Source: Felis catus
Lineage: Eukaryota
Direction: 5' to 3'
Length of the DNA stretch: 64,000 nucleotides
Assembly (NCBI RefSeq): GCF_018350175.1
Contig: NC_058368.1
Location: 75,022,001 to 75,086,000 of the forward strand
This document shows positions 12,097-25,252 of this stretch, piece by piece (the stretch's first letter is position 1; each line of letters begins with the position of its first letter). Position numbers and translations under genes: made by a program. The notes below the pieces were generated by a model. It searched no databases. It was given only the letters and a program-made list of their open reading frames with translations, and was not told where the DNA came from.

Positions 12097-12154
12097 TCTA
12101 AACCTAGCAGATTTACTTTAGAGGAAAACTCATCCAATCAAAAACAATCATTCT

Positions 12155-12322
12155 CGGCTCAGGTCATGATCTCCCGGTTTGTGGGTTTGAGAGCCGTGTC
12201 GGGCTCTGTGCTGACAGCTCAGAGCCTGGAGCCTGCTTCGGATTCTGTGTCTCCCTCTCCTCCTCGTGCTCTGTCTCTCTCTGTCTCTCAAAAATAAATA
12301 CACGTGAAAAAAAATTTAAAAA
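12155..12322 (+). mobile_element. 5'-truncated CanSINE
   Basis: Starts at CGGCTCAGGTCATGATC with no A box. Degenerate TSD CAATCATTCT / CAGTCATTCT. Confidence 0.92.
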
Positions 12323-12459
12323 AAGGCAGTCATTCTGAAAAGTTACTACATATCATGTATTTGTGTTTTGACTTTCCATAATTGGTTAGCTTGCAACAAT
12401 TTTGCTCTTAGTGGAACGTGCATTTGTTATTTGCACAAATGCCTCCTTCGGGAATTATA

Positions 12460-12462
<3 letters not shown>

Positions 12463-12495
<33 letters not shown>

Positions 12496-12533
12496 ATGTG
12501 TAATATTTCTATGACATTATATATATATATATA
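12463..12533. repeat. (GT)n and (TA)n microsatellites
   Basis: Direct observation. Confidence 0.9.
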
Positions 12534-14498
12534 TTTTTTTAAGTATTGACCATTAAGTAATTCCATGCAAGAAAAGTGCCTCCTTTGATTTGTTTGTATA
12601 TTTTTAAGGCTACGGAAAATAGCTAAGTTGTAATTGAAATACTTTGTCTTACTTTTTGGGAAATAACAATGCCTGTTTTTTAACTCAAGGGTTTGTTTTT
12701 GACTGACCAGAAGCTTGTTCACCAGGGGTCGTTCTCGTAGGACTGGGCATCCAGGACTGTGAACCCGGCCTCTCATCAGACATCCCAGAGGATCTCCCAC
12801 TGCCTTACCTAAGGCCATAATTTAGTCAAAAGCATTTTTGTGATTTACTAAATTGGCCTTTTGAGCCAGTGTGCCAAAATGCTAGGTAAATGCCAAGGCA
12901 ACCTGAGAAACATCCTTATTTAGAGTAAAGCCAGTAGAGGAAGAAATCTTCAGCTACAATCTCTGGTCACCCGCAGGCTGTCCTCATCAGGGTGGCCTGA
13001 AATGACTTGACTCACACTGAACAGCTGGGCCATGTTAAATGTTTTTAATGTTTTAAAGACGCCACGTTTCTCATGGAAAACAACGTATTCTAATTTAGAA
13101 GACTGTCAACCAGAGGGGGGGAAAAACCAACTGGTTTCTGCGAATGTAGAAAATACTCTCTCTAGTCTATGGAGCTTCAAGTACAGCAGCCACAGTGTGC
13201 ATCCAAACAGTCTGGAGGCTACAACCCTCAGCTGTTTCCTGGGTGGCCTGGGTACAGGTGAGAATATTTGTCATTGTTGAGTTTTGGCTTGATAATGAAC
13301 TTAGAAATATTTACTTTAAAAAAGAAATAAATTAGACCTATGTTTCTAAGTGAGACCCTATTGTAGAGAAGTATCTGGCCTGTATCTTTGAAATTATGAC
13401 GTTTTGACAAGTGGCTGTATTTTTGGAACTTAAATCAACTTGAATATCACATTTTAATTTCCCAAATATATTTTAATGTAATTTATTTCTTGTGTATATA
13501 GATGTATATATACATAACAGTGTGTGTTATATAATATATAATAATATATTATTTAAAATATAAAATGCAGTTATATAATATTTTATATAAATATGTTATA
13601 TATTTACTACTTGGTACAGTAAGTGAATTGTCTTATGGCAAAAACCACAATAAAACTTGTCCGTTGGGATCAGCATTTAGGATGGGAATACTAACAGGAA
13701 ATATTCATGGAAAGATTGGTATAGTTTCCTTTCTTTTCGTCTTTTTAAAGATGACACAAGTAACATAGAGCAAGATACAGTTAGCAGGTCTTACACTGAT
13801 ACTTAAGAGTCCTATTGTGGTTGGTGAGTTTGAGCTGTTGATTTTATTTTTTTTTAAACTTGTTTTCTAGAAATTTCTGTTTAACCTCTTTAAGGTAAGG
13901 ACACATCCAAAGACTTGATCATTTGGGAAATATAACAGTTTACTCTCCCCTTCTTGTAGGGGAAAGTTTCTACTGAAGGAAGTTGACTGATAGGGGGCAT
14001 ATTTCTACTGAATGAAGCTGACATTGAATAAACCAACGCGAGAAAATTTCTAGAGTATTTTCAGTTTTGCGTGTAGCAGTTGCAGTAAGGTACGCTTTTG
14101 CTAAGCAGTTTGCTTTATTATTGGAAGAAACATAGGAAAAAAGAAAACAAAAACATTTTCCCCAGAAAAAGGCAACGGAATGATATAGAAGATAAATTGT
14201 TCTTTTGTAATTAAATGGCACCATTTTAGTTGTTGGGACCTAGCCAGACTATAAGCTTGAGTTACTTGGGCTATAGAATTGCTTTTATTGTCTAACTCCA
14301 CAACAAGGTTTCGATTAAAAATTGAATTGTATTCAATTCAATTCACTTTGTTTCAAAAGATATGTACTGAATATACTGACTTCTACAAGAAACTACCAAA
14401 GTATGTCAAATAATGCTGCAGTGTTTGTAATCCAGTTTTCAAGAAAATGAAAAAACTATACCACTTTGTTTCTGAAATACATGTCCCCCAATTAACGC

Positions 14499-14500
<2 letters not shown>

Positions 14501-14532
<32 letters not shown>

Positions 14533-14744
14533 ATTTTTTTTAACGTTTATTCATTTTTTAGACAGAGAGAGACAGAGCATGAACGGAGGAAGGTCAGAGA
14601 GAGAGGGAGACACAGAATCCGAAACAGGCTCCAGGCTCTGAGCTGTCAGCACAGAGCCCGACGCGGGGCTCGAACCCACGGACTGCGAGATCATGACCTG
14701 AGCCGAAGTCGGACGCCCAACTGACTGAGCCACCCAAGTGCCCC
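14501..14744 (-). mobile_element. CanSINE (SINEC_Fc family) with (AAAT)n tail
   Basis: Full head to tail, with (TATT)n at 14501-14528. Confidence 0.95.
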
Positions 14745-15344
14745 TATTTATCTTAAAAATATATAATAGGTACCTGAAATTATATCAAGTCTACTATTTA
14801 ATAAACTCAGTCTATAAAAAGGCACAAAAAGCACAAATGCAGTAGCTTTAAATTGTTATCAATTTATATTATCATGAAATGCTTTAGAAAGGGTATTAAC
14901 ACCAATTCATTGATTCCATCAAATTGATTTTAACCGAATAAAGATTTTTAACTTTATTGAACTCTATAGAGTGTGGACAATGATGCTAGAATTACTGACA
15001 TATGGAATATTAACTTTATTTTCAAGTATTTCCCACTGAAAAACAATAAAAGTATATTCAATATTTTTCATAACCAAAAATATTATTTGAAAAAAAAAGC
15101 TGCTTTAAATATTTGTTAACTGTTAGGACTGACAGCAGTCTTATAAAAATAAATATTTGTAGAAATATGCATTTTTTCCCAGTTCCAGTTAGTAAGATGT
15201 TATCATTGACACGTAGAGGCAGTACTCCTTAAACTTTGTGTTGTGGGGTTATCACTGAACAGTGGTCTAAAAATGCTTTGTTTTTGAAACTCATGACATT
15301 TTGATGTAGATACATTTCAATACAGTTCAAAGAGCACAGAGTAT

Positions 15345-15484
15345 GGGGACGCCTGGGTGGCTCAGGTCATGATCTCATAGTTTGAGAGTTTGAGCCTCAT
15401 GTCGGGCTTCACGCTGATAGCATGGAGACTGCTTGGGATTCTCTTTCTCCCTCTCTCTCTGCCCCCCCCCCCCCCCCCGCTCAT

Positions 15485-15525
<41 letters not shown>

Positions 15526-15542
15526 AATAAATAAACATTTAA
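15345..15542 (+). mobile_element. CanSINE with internal head deletion
   Basis: GGGTGGCTCAG joined directly to GTCATGATCTC. TSD AAAGAGCACAGAGTATG / AAAGAGCCTAGAGTATG. Confidence 0.92.
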
Positions 15543-16114
15543 AAAGAGCCTAGAGTATGTATACATATATGTGTCTAAGTCATACCTACATCTAAATCTT
15601 TCTCTCTACCTATGTGTCTATCTGTAACTATAGCTTATAAAATCGAATAACACAGCCCAAAGGAAGTCTGAAAAATTTGGGGCAACTTTGGGAAAGCAGA
15701 AAACAAGTTGAGATTATTTCCATGTTTTAAGATCTTACTCAAATATATCAACTCCATGAATCATTTCCTAAAGACTAGATGTAATGCCTCCCCTCCGGCC
15801 TATCTCCCTGCCTTGTCTTATGGTTTGCTTCCAACTTCACCCTAAACAGCATCCCAGAAGCACTCAGCCTCATGGAAGCTCTAGCCTTTTACTCTGAACT
15901 ACACTTAGCATTTAATCTATATCTTAAACACTCGCAGAACAAGTTACTCACAATCCAAGGTTTTACTGTATTTTTCTTCTTCTTCTTCACACTGAAATGT
16001 GGTACAGACTTATCTAGCTCCCAGTACACTCTCTTAAATACCTTGATATCTAATCATTTGTATCACAGTACCTAGAATGGAGTTTTAAAACAATGTGGTC
16101 AATGGAATTTTGGT

Positions 16115-16220
16115 TACATACTTTCCTCGTGATATCTCATTTCATCCTCACAAATCCCACATGATGAGGGTCCCATCATTATATTCAGTTTGAGAGAATA
16201 ATTGCACGAAGAAATGCTTT
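16115..16220 (-). mobile_element. MIR fragment
   Basis: ATCTCATTTCATCCTCACAA..CCC..ATGA....ATCATTAT antisense MIR core. Confidence 0.5.
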
Positions 16221-17269
16221 TCTAGGATAGGAGAGGTCAAACTTAATGACAAGTCAAACTTATTGTAAATCCATTAGGGAAGACCCTCCCTAGAAGATTT
16301 ACACTATGTAAATAAGCTTTAAATAATATTTCTTTAAGAGAAAATTAAAGAAAACTAAGTTATCATTTTTATGCTGTCTTAACTTATTGCCTAGAGATCA
16401 CTAACCAATCTGAGTTGGTGTGAATTATCTAACCTCAGTCTCAGTGTTTTACCTAACACTTTATTTTGTTAACTCTGAAAATTAAAGTCAAATATATAAT
16501 ATCATTCTTAAACCACAATGTTTCTATATCACGTACATTTTAAGGGGATTATGATTAATTATCAATAGGATGTCTCAGAATTTAGTAGGAAAAACAAATT
16601 TAATCTACAAATTCAATAAATAATTGATAAAAGTTAATTATGCATGTCTGTAGGCAAGTGCTCAGTCTCAAATCAGTAATTTTGGTGACATAAATTAGCA
16701 GATATTTCCAAAATAATATTCCGGAAATTTCAAACTGTCAGTAACATTCAAAACAGGTCCCAGTTGTGTTATTATGGGGTAGGAACAAGCGCAGATGGAT
16801 TCCAGAAAGCTACGATTTTGACATCATCATGGCCTTAAGAAATTGTCAAACTGTTCCTATGAGGCAACAAATAGAATGAAAACAGAATTAGGATAAGAAT
16901 CAAGAACTTTTGGTATGTTGTCTTGTGCAAGGGATGAAATTCAAGCCCTCCATTGTGATGAGGACACTATTCCCACATTGTAGCGCATTTTTAACATGAT
17001 TCTTTTCCTACTATGCCTTGTATCTGTTGACATAAACCTCTTCTCACCGTTGAAGTAAAAAGGGGATTAAAAACTGATTATTACCAAAATAACCCTAGAG
17101 GAAATATCAGCCATGTTTTTTACTAACGGTGCTCTACCTAAGCAGAGGTGGCACCATTGATAGAATGTGTTGAGTCATGACACAAACTTTTCTCTCCAAG
17201 GAGGTTGCTAAAGAGAAAGGATTGATGAGACACCAGTTGTGTCCTGCCTTCCACTCTCTCAGCTTTGCT

Positions 17270-17440
17270 ATCGACCCTCAGGTGGACACGTTAGCCATTC
17301 CTGGTAAAATGAAGCCCAGTTGCCAAGAGCAGGTACAACCATACATTAGGTTTACTACTTCCTGCTCCAGTCTTCTAGGTCCCCAGACCCTTCTTCCTGG
17401 GATAACTTTCCAGAAAAGCCTCCTTGACACAAATCAGGGC
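17270..17440 (+). mobile_element. Possible ERVL LTR16-like relic
   Basis: CTTCCTGCTCCAG...CTTCCTGGGATAACTTTCC.GAAAA.CCTCCTTG.CACAAATC resembles an LTR16 3' region. Confidence 0.3.
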
Positions 17441-17719
17441 CTGATAGCAGAGCTGAGCAGGAAACTATAGAGAAACTGTAGAGATCTTTTAATTCATCGT
17501 TACAATATTTTCCCGAGTGGCAGTAATGCCTAAAAATGTTTTATGGGATTTGCATAAATTTGGTTATAGTTATCAGAAATGCAACAAGGAATGTAACTGA
17601 GAAGCGAAGAATGAGTTCCGGAGGAAGAGGTCAAAAGGATCACTGTGGGTGATGGGCATTTACAGGTCCAACATTCAACTGCACACGTGCCGTAACACCT
17701 AGTAGAACACACATCTTTT

Positions 17720-17933
17720 GGGGCGCTTGGGTGACTCAGTTGGTTAAGCATCTAATTCTTGGTCTCCGCTCAGGTCCTGATCTTGAGTTCGAGAGAAAAG
17801 ACCCCATGTTGGGCTCTGAGCTGACAGTGCAAAGCCTGCTGGGGATTCTCTCTCCCCCTCTATGCTCCTCCCCTGCACTCGCTCTCTGTCTCAAAATAAA
17901 TAGATAAATATTTTTAAAATGAAAAAAAGAAAG
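17720..17933 (+). mobile_element. CanSINE (older type)
   Basis: Head, CT region and tail. TSD GAACACACATCTTTT / GAACACACGTCTTTT. Confidence 0.93.
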
Positions 17934-18499
17934 GAACACACGTCTTTTATAGACTGTTTGGGCTTGAGTAGGGCACTGCCCATGACCTCTTAAATGATTT
18001 GAGTGCCATGGCTAATAATGGGTGAGGAAAGACCACAGGACGAGGTGTCCTAAAGTAGCTATTGGGCAATTTAATGTTAGTTAATTGCCCTTAATGAAAA
18101 TAAAGCTTGCAAACAAAAAAGTGTTCAGATTTATACTAAGAAAAAGCAAGAGAGAAACTGAACTAATTAAATTACAAGAGCTTAAAAAGTATTGAAATTT
18201 CAATTTTGAAATTGCAACATTACCATTTTGAGTATTTCAGATTATGGATCAATAATGAAATGAAACTTGTTGGTGAGATTGAAATTTGGTGAAATACATA
18301 AAAGAATCAAAAGAAACAGCTTATTTGATGAATTTTGTTTTTCAAAGTTATTTGTGTGCTCAAAGAAATATATTGAGGCAAAAACTTATTAATTATAAAG
18401 ATATGTGGATTGAAATGCTTTTACATCTTAATAACAAGAAACAAGCAAAGAGAAGACAACCAGGAAATAAATAAATAAGTAAAAAGTCCTTTGGAAGTA

Positions 18500-18716
18500 G
18501 GGGCGCCTAGGTGGCTCTGTCAGCCAAGCTTCTGACTTCTGCTCAGGTCATGATCTCGCGGTTCATGGGTTTGAGCCACACGTCGAGCTCTGTGCTGACA
18601 GCTCAGAGCCTGGAGTTGGCCTCATATCCTGTGTCTCACCTTCTCTCTGACCCTCCCCCCTCTCCTGCTCTTCCTCTCTCTCTCAAAAATGAATAAGCAT
18701 TAAAAAAGAAATTTTT
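18500..18716 (+). mobile_element. CanSINE (SINEC_Fc family)
   Basis: Full length. Degenerate TSD AAGTCCTTTGGAAG / AAGTCCTTCAGAAG. Confidence 0.93.
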
Positions 18717-19395
18717 AAGTCCTTCAGAAGGGGTACTATCTGCTCACAGTTCACCCAAACTCCCAAACACAAAGCTGATGGGTTCTGAGTTCTAACACTG
18801 ACTTTAATGCTCTCATCACTAAGATAATGATGGCAATTCTCCATTAAAGTAGCTCAGAGAACAGTGTCTGTTCTAATCCAGTCCAGAGGTTCTTCTGTTC
18901 CAGGTTTACTTTAAAGTAGTCTCATCCAGGATTTTTACTCCTTCCTTTAGAAACTTGGTCACTCAATCAATCCACAGGTTTCCAGCATATATTTGTAGAT
19001 GGCTACAAGTAACATTCAGATTTGGGCAGTTCCATGTCACCGATCTTCATAATAAATGGGCTTCAGTGTCGTCTTTTGTGGTCCTCTCCCCTTTAGTATA
19101 CTTGGGTGTTCCCCCATTCTCTCCCATGTATTCTCAAATGGTGCTGATTGTGCTTTCCTGCCACCGCTGACTGCCTCCCAGCCCCCATGTTTGCTGCTGC
19201 ACCGTCTGACCACCCTACCCCACACAATGGTCCCCTTGACAGTGCGGATGCACTGGGGCCCCGCTGCAGGGCTGATACATTCACCCCAATTTCTAGCTCC
19301 CCTAAGCAGAGATTTTCTGTGGTTGAAAATGACTCTCAAACGGGAAAATCAAATTCCATACAAGGGTTCTCTCTCTCCCTCTCTCTCATACACAC

Positions 19396-19790
19396 CTGTG
19401 TGTATGTGTGTTTGTGTATATATACACATAATATGTTATATATGTCTATTTATACATATACATCATATGTAATGTACATAGAATGTATAATGTATACATG
19501 TGTATATGTGTATATAAAATATATGTATATATAATACATACACATGATATATACATCCTATATTATGTATAATATATGCATATATATAACACATATGTTA
19601 TATAATAGCATATATATGCATTATATATAGTATAATATAATGTATAAATACACATATATTGTGTGTATATAATGCATTTTATGTATTATATATTACATTC
19701 ATGATACATATATAATACGTATATACATGCATTATGTACATATAAAATACATATCATATCATATCATATCATATCATATTATATATGCTT
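19396..19790. repeat. Degenerate TA/TG low-complexity tract ending in (ATCAT)n
   Basis: Direct observation. Confidence 0.9.
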
Positions 19791-19824
19791 GTATAAGTAA
19801 AGATGTCAGAGAGAATATATACAT

Positions 19825-19968
19825 TAGTTTTGCATACATCTATTCTGTGATTATAGGATAATCAAGCATGAATAAGGTATTTAGCATTTATTCAGTAAGA
19901 ATTCATCAGATGAGTACTATATTGCTATGTGGGAAAAAATAACATTTTTAGAAATCTACTTCTACCTT
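19825..19968 (+). repeat. Diverged direct duplication, copy 1
   Basis: Collinear with 21104-21257. Shares TCAAGCATGAATAAG, CAGTAAGAATT, TGGGAAAAAA and TTTTAGAA. Confidence 0.85.
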
Positions 19969-21103
19969 ATGTATCATATATACATGTAGAGATGTTTATA
20001 TTTTAAATAAAATAGATGTATTTTGAGTAAACCAATACTGCTTTGAGAATTCAACTAGAATATAATGTCTTTTCTATTTTTTTTTACTGTAGCTAAGGGT
20101 TATTGTCAAAGTTTTTTTTTTAAGGACTAAATTAAAATGTAATTCTCCTACTGATTTGTCAATAATTTGGCCAGCATCTGTAAACCTTCAATTTACCAAC
20201 AAAATGCATAATGATTTTAACTTTAAATAAAATGTGCAATAATTTAACATTAGGTACAAATGGCTTAGAATATGAATATAACCATAGTGTCTTAAGGTTT
20301 AATTCAATTCAAGCAAATAAAAGGACTTGGGGCTGTATCAGAGATTCTGGATTTTTCCTGATAGGAAAGCCTTTTCCTAATAGGGCGTAGCAAATTCATT
20401 TGACCCGTAAGTTGTTTGTAGGATTGAAAAGGCAGATGCTCTTTTGAGAGAAGCTTCTCGTTAATCAAATTTAATGTCAGTCAGGTCAAACTCGTTTTAA
20501 TTTTATGCTACATTATACATCCCTCAGGATTCATTGTTCTTTTTTTTTTTTTTACAATGCTGTATATGTTTGATTATTTAAATTAACAGTCAACTGTAGG
20601 CTTTTGTTTCTGTGCTGATATGCAAATTATTTAAAACTCTCTTTCAAAATCTTTTCTGTGCATCTTAATTCTTTTTCCAGAAGTTCATAAAGGATAGGCA
20701 AAATATGTTCTAGTTGCAGGGAAACCGGTGCCAAGTTTTGCAACTATAAAAATATTTTTCTACTTCTGTTGTTTTTCCTGGCTGTGCTATTACAAATTAT
20801 CCTAGTTCTTAAAGCCCATGCCTCATAAAGCAAGTGAACCTAATTAGTCGGCTAGAGGTTAGACTATTGGGTGGGTGGCCTTGGAAAGCAGATTTTAAAC
20901 AAGTTCCTTAACCCAATTTCCTTTGCTCCCCCCTTTTCAAATAAATCTGAATTTTTAAAATGAAAAATGTGATGACTTCTATTTACTGTGGCACATTTTA
21001 TGGTAGACGTGCCTTGTCTCGTTTTTGTTTCACCTCTGCAAAATTGTGTGGCATTCTTTTATCGTTTTTGAAATGATTTTTAATCCAAGTATTCCATAGT
21101 CCG

Positions 21104-21257
21104 TAGTTTGACACACACTTATTCTGAAGTTTGAGATAGTCAAGCATGAATAAGATCTTTCACATTTATGCATTTATGCAGTAAGAATTTATCAAATGGA
21201 TACTAAATTACTCTATGGGAAAAAAGAACAAATTTTAGAATGTGTATGTCTATCTTT
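21104..21257 (+). repeat. Diverged direct duplication, copy 2
   Basis: Collinear with 19825-19968 and carries an extra CATTTATG tandem copy. Confidence 0.85.
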
Positions 21258-21279
21258 AGCAAAGCCAGAAAAATCAACA

Positions 21280-21450
21280 CAATCTGAGAAGGTGGCATTT
21301 GATTTGGGTCTTTGAAGAGACAGAGGCATCTATATGTGGTGATTAGAAAGAAAGAGGTCATTTGGAGAAAGAGGAGGAAGAGATGAAATGCATTAAAGTG
21401 GACAGACGGAAATGTACAGTGTATGTTGGAGAAATAGTGGCTTTGATGGG
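21280..21450 (-). mobile_element. L2 fragment
   Basis: GAAGGTGGCATTTGATTTGGGTCTTTGAAG...CATTTGGAGAAAGAGG is typical antisense L2. Confidence 0.6.
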
Positions 21451-21519
21451 CAAAGTGCTTATTTTCTAGTGGAAAAAAAATGCCTCGAAAGGTTAACTCC
21501 CTATCGAGTTCCTAATACG

Positions 21520-21912
21520 TCCTAGTGATTTTATATGAATTATATCACCCATTCGTGCTCATGATCTGAGGGAAAGTCACTGTGATTTGACAGATGATAA
21601 AATTCAGAATAAGGAACGTGAATTAAGTTGCCAGCAATCACAAAGCACGTAGGAAGAAGAGCCAAGAGTGAATTCAAGATTTGTGGGTGTTTTTAATGTT
21701 TATTTATTTTTGAGAGAGAGCATGAATGGGGGGCAGGTGCAGGAAGAGAGAAGGGGACAGAGGATCCGAAGCGGGTTCTGCCCTGGTGGCAGAGAGCCCA
21801 ATGCAGAGCTCGAACTCATGAACCATGAGATCGTTACCTCAAAGCTGGACTCTCGAGGGACTGAACCACCCAGGTGCCCTGATTCGTGAGTTTTAAATCA
21901 GTGTCTTTTTTC
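21520..21912 (-). mobile_element. MIR, interrupted by a SINE
   Basis: TTTGACAGATGATAAAATT.AG...AAGTTGCC.GCAATCACA.AGC..GTAGG...GAGCCAAGA.TGAATTCAAG. Confidence 0.65.
21690..21880 (-). mobile_element. CanSINE (older type)
   Basis: TTTATTTATTTTTGAGAGA...CTCGAACTCATGAACCATGAGATC...CACCCAGGTGCCC. Degenerate TSD GATTTGTGGG / GATTCGTGAG. Confidence 0.92.
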
Positions 21913-21994
21913 TTACTGTTTTTAACTAGACTTCAGCCACCAGAGCAGGCTGCCTTGTGACGATGAGGCCAGCCACCTTTTAAATACCAACTCC

Positions 21995-22322
21995 AGCCAA
22001 AGAGAAAAAATGGTGGGTGAGGCAGTTATGGGAGGTTTTCAGGCAAAGCGCAGTAAATAAAAGTATGATTGTTTTCGCATATGTAAGTCTTCACCTACTC
22101 TATTGGTAAGAGTTTCCAGAGATTTGGTGTCTTTCTCTTCTGGGTACAAGAGGGAGACGCCCTTACCGTGGATTTCTTTCACAAATGTAAATACCTCTTA
22201 CAAAAGGGTCACTTCTACTTGGTTTTTAGAGCTTTTGTGTGTCTGCTGTTTGCTCAGAATAGTCAGCCTAAAATTACTTTAAGCCAAAGAGGGATATTTG
22301 GGGGTGACAAGTTCTGCCCCCA
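21995..22322 (-). mobile_element. ERV1 LTR fragment (MER34-related)
   Basis: Terminal GCCAAAGAGGGATATTTGGGGGTGACAAGTTCTG plus AGGGAGAC.CCCTTAC...GATTTC.TT.ACAAATGTAAAT are typical of MER34-class LTR 5' ends. Confidence 0.7.
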
Positions 22323-23434
22323 TTTAGTGTCATTGGATGAGCAATGCATGTGTCCAAGTGGCCGAGTATCTGGAAATAGAAAATGAATCAGGTAGATCTC
22401 TGCCCCAGTCATAGTGGAAAGTTGGTCTTGTTTGTTTGCTTGTTGTGGGCACAGAGCTTTATCAACACGAATATGGTGATCATTTTTGTCCCCCTTTTCA
22501 ACCGTTGCATGAAGGACAGCCTTTCTGTTCTCATACTAAATCCAATTCAAAAATGAAATACAACTTCTCCTCAGATGATCACATAGTAGAGAGCATCACC
22601 GTATTGTTTACTTTCTAGATATTTCGGGGAATGAAGCTTCTCTTTGCAAAATGTATTTATTTTCAATTCACAGAAGCAGAATAAATTGTACTCTCTTTTT
22701 CTCCGAGGAAGTACCTGGGCTTTGTTGGAAAAGCATGCTATTTGTTTACCTCGGAGTGAGTTGCCTGAATCTTAACAAAGCAAATAGACTCCCACTTAAA
22801 ACACCAAACACCACGACACTACTTTAAGCTAATATCATGACATTTGTTGCATTGTTCTTCATTTTTTAATGGAAACAGGTTGATGACAGGTCTCACAGAC
22901 AATTCCTTAAAATTAGGAAATTGTCAGGAAGACTTCGGCAGAGGTAGGCATTGACTTTTTCAAATCGTCTTCAGTTTCACAATAGGTATTTGAATAACTT
23001 TTTCTTCTCTCCTTGGGCTCAGCTGGAAGAAATTTTTACCACAAAGGAAGCCTGATTTTATGCATGTTTGACTTAATTCCGAGGGATTTATGAATACCAC
23101 AGTAGCCTGTTTGAATTGGCTGTGAATAATGTGAGGCAGATAGCTTTTATTTCTTTTCACGCTGAAATATCTGATGTTTTCTTGGTAGCTCTCTTTAGCG
23201 AAACACACGTTTTAAATACTGGGACCCGAGCATCGAGCATCCTTATTTGTTCATTTTGAACACACACTTTCTGGAATATGTGAGAAAGTATGGCTTTTAC
23301 AAATGCGAGAGCTTGGAAAGTATGAAATGAATGAAGCGCAGTTTAAAATGTGGTGTCAGCTCAGACTTAATATTCTATTTTATTTCGTAGAATAACTAAA
23401 AGAAAACAGTTGTGGAAACAAACTATGTCAGAGT

Positions 23435-23438
<4 letters not shown>

Positions 23439-23468
<30 letters not shown>
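23439..23468. repeat. (CA)n microsatellite
   Basis: Direct observation. Confidence 0.95.
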
Positions 23469-23469
<1 letters not shown>

Positions 23470-24846
23470 CATTGGGATATCTGATTTCAATTAAAATATG
23501 GCTGGTGTGTGGTTTTTGACTGGGATAGCTTTATTTGGATAGGTATTTACTGGCTCAAATCACAGTGATAGATATTTTAGTAATTCTAGCTTTCTTTTTC
23601 ATTAGTCGTTATATCACTTAGTCGTTACATCACTTGGTGAAGAATGTTATTTTACAGGAATTTACTCTCTTAAGTCTGGTTCGAAAAAAATGAACTCACT
23701 TAGAGTTTTCATTGTCACATATTCTTAGATTTGGAATTTGTGGGTAGGCAAGAACACAGTAAGAACATCTCCCCTCTGAAACACATACATATTAATGCTC
23801 TTGACGAAATCCATCATTTGGCAGATGGTTACGGAGGACAGACCTTATGTCCAGTTCTGCTTTAGGAGGCATGAGAGATTGGGGGGGGGGGGGATACAGG
23901 CACTGTTTAGACTTAGTTCTTTCCTGGAAGGAGCCCGAGTGCAGAGAGCTATGGAAGCTGTGAACATCAGTTTGGAGGTAAGGAAATGTTTCACAGGATA
24001 ATTTCAAGACCTTCAGGAATCTAAGACATAAGACAAAAGAAATGCTTTGCATTTTGTGTATTTTTATTATTGCTACCCATCTAAAAAAAGAAAGCTAAGA
24101 AATTATGTTATCCAGTAATCTAATAATATTATGGTACTTATTCTCCAGGTATAGCATTGGATAGATCATCTAGACAGAACATCAATTTTGGAATATCAAA
24201 CATTGATAAAAATCAAACATTGGCCTTAAATGACACATTAGACCAGATAGACTTAATAGATACATACAGAACGTTCCATCCCAAAGGAGCAAAATACACA
24301 TTATTCTCAAGTGTACCTGGAACATTGTCCAGGATATATCACATGTTAGGCCACAAAACAAGTCTCAATAAACTCAAGAAGATTGAACTCATATCAAACA
24401 TCTTTTCAAATGACAGTTTTATGAAACCAGAAGTCAACTACAAGAAGAAAACTGGAAAACCCACAAAAATGTGAAGAGTAAATAACATTCTACTGAGTCA
24501 CAGAAGGGCTACTGGGTCATGGAAGATATCAAAGAGGAAATAAAAAAAAATACTTAATGACAACTGAAAACAGAAGTGTGACATACTAAGATCTATGGGA
24601 TGCAGTAAAAATGATTCTAAGAGGGAAGTTCATAAGAATAGAGACCTAATCCAAGAACCAAGAAAAATCTCAAATAAGCAAAATAACTTTACACCTAAAG
24701 ATATCAGGAAAAGAAAAACAACAAAGTTGTTTTCTACTAACAAAGTTATTAGAAGTAAGGAAATAATAAAGAATAGAGAGGAAATAAATGAAATAGAAAC
24801 TAACAAGACAGTAGAAGAGATAAATGAAACTAAAAGATAATTCTTT

Positions 24847-25066
24847 TTTTTTTTAATTTTTTTAACGTTTTTATTTATTTTTGAGACAGAGAGAGACAAA
24901 GCATGAACGGGGGAGGGTCAGAGAGAGGGAGACACAGAATCTGAAACAGGCTCCAGGCTCTGAGCTGTCAGCACAGAGCCCGACGCGGGGCTCGAACTCA
25001 CGGACCGCGAGATCGTGACCTGAGCCGAAGTCGGCCGCCCAACCGACTGAGCCACCCAGGCGCCCC
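24847..25066 (-). mobile_element. CanSINE (SINEC_Fc family) nested in L1
   Basis: Perfect TSD AAAAGATAATTCTTT (24832-24846 / 25067-25081). Confidence 0.96.
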
Positions 25067-25083
25067 AAAAGATAATTCTTTGA

Positions 25084-25252
25084 GGGGTGCCTGGGTGGCT
25101 CAGTCGGTTGAGTGTCCTACTCTTGATTTTGGCTCAAGTCATGATTTCATGGTTCGTGAGTTAGAGCCTTGTGTTGGGCTCTGTGCTGACAGTGCACAGC
25201 CTGCTTAGGATTCTTTCTGTCCCTCCCCTTTCAAAATAAATAAACTTTTTTA
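25084..25252 (+). mobile_element. Older CanSINE nested in L1
   Basis: GGGGTGCCTGGGTGGCTCAG... with short CT region. TSD AAAAGATAATTCTTTGA / AAAAGCTGATTCTTTGA. Confidence 0.93.

Noticed and set aside
18730..19330. Possible old LTR or coding region with several overlapping ORFs
   Set aside because: I could not match it to any repeat family or protein.
23602..23635. Short tandem duplications (also near 16236, 36996 and 58588)
   Set aside because: Two-copy slippage duplications are ubiquitous and there is no repeat-spacer array, so this is not CRISPR-like.
23825..23977. 153-nt open exon-like segment ending GAG|GTAAGG
   Set aside because: Weak acceptor and a long poly-G run, unlikely in coding sequence.
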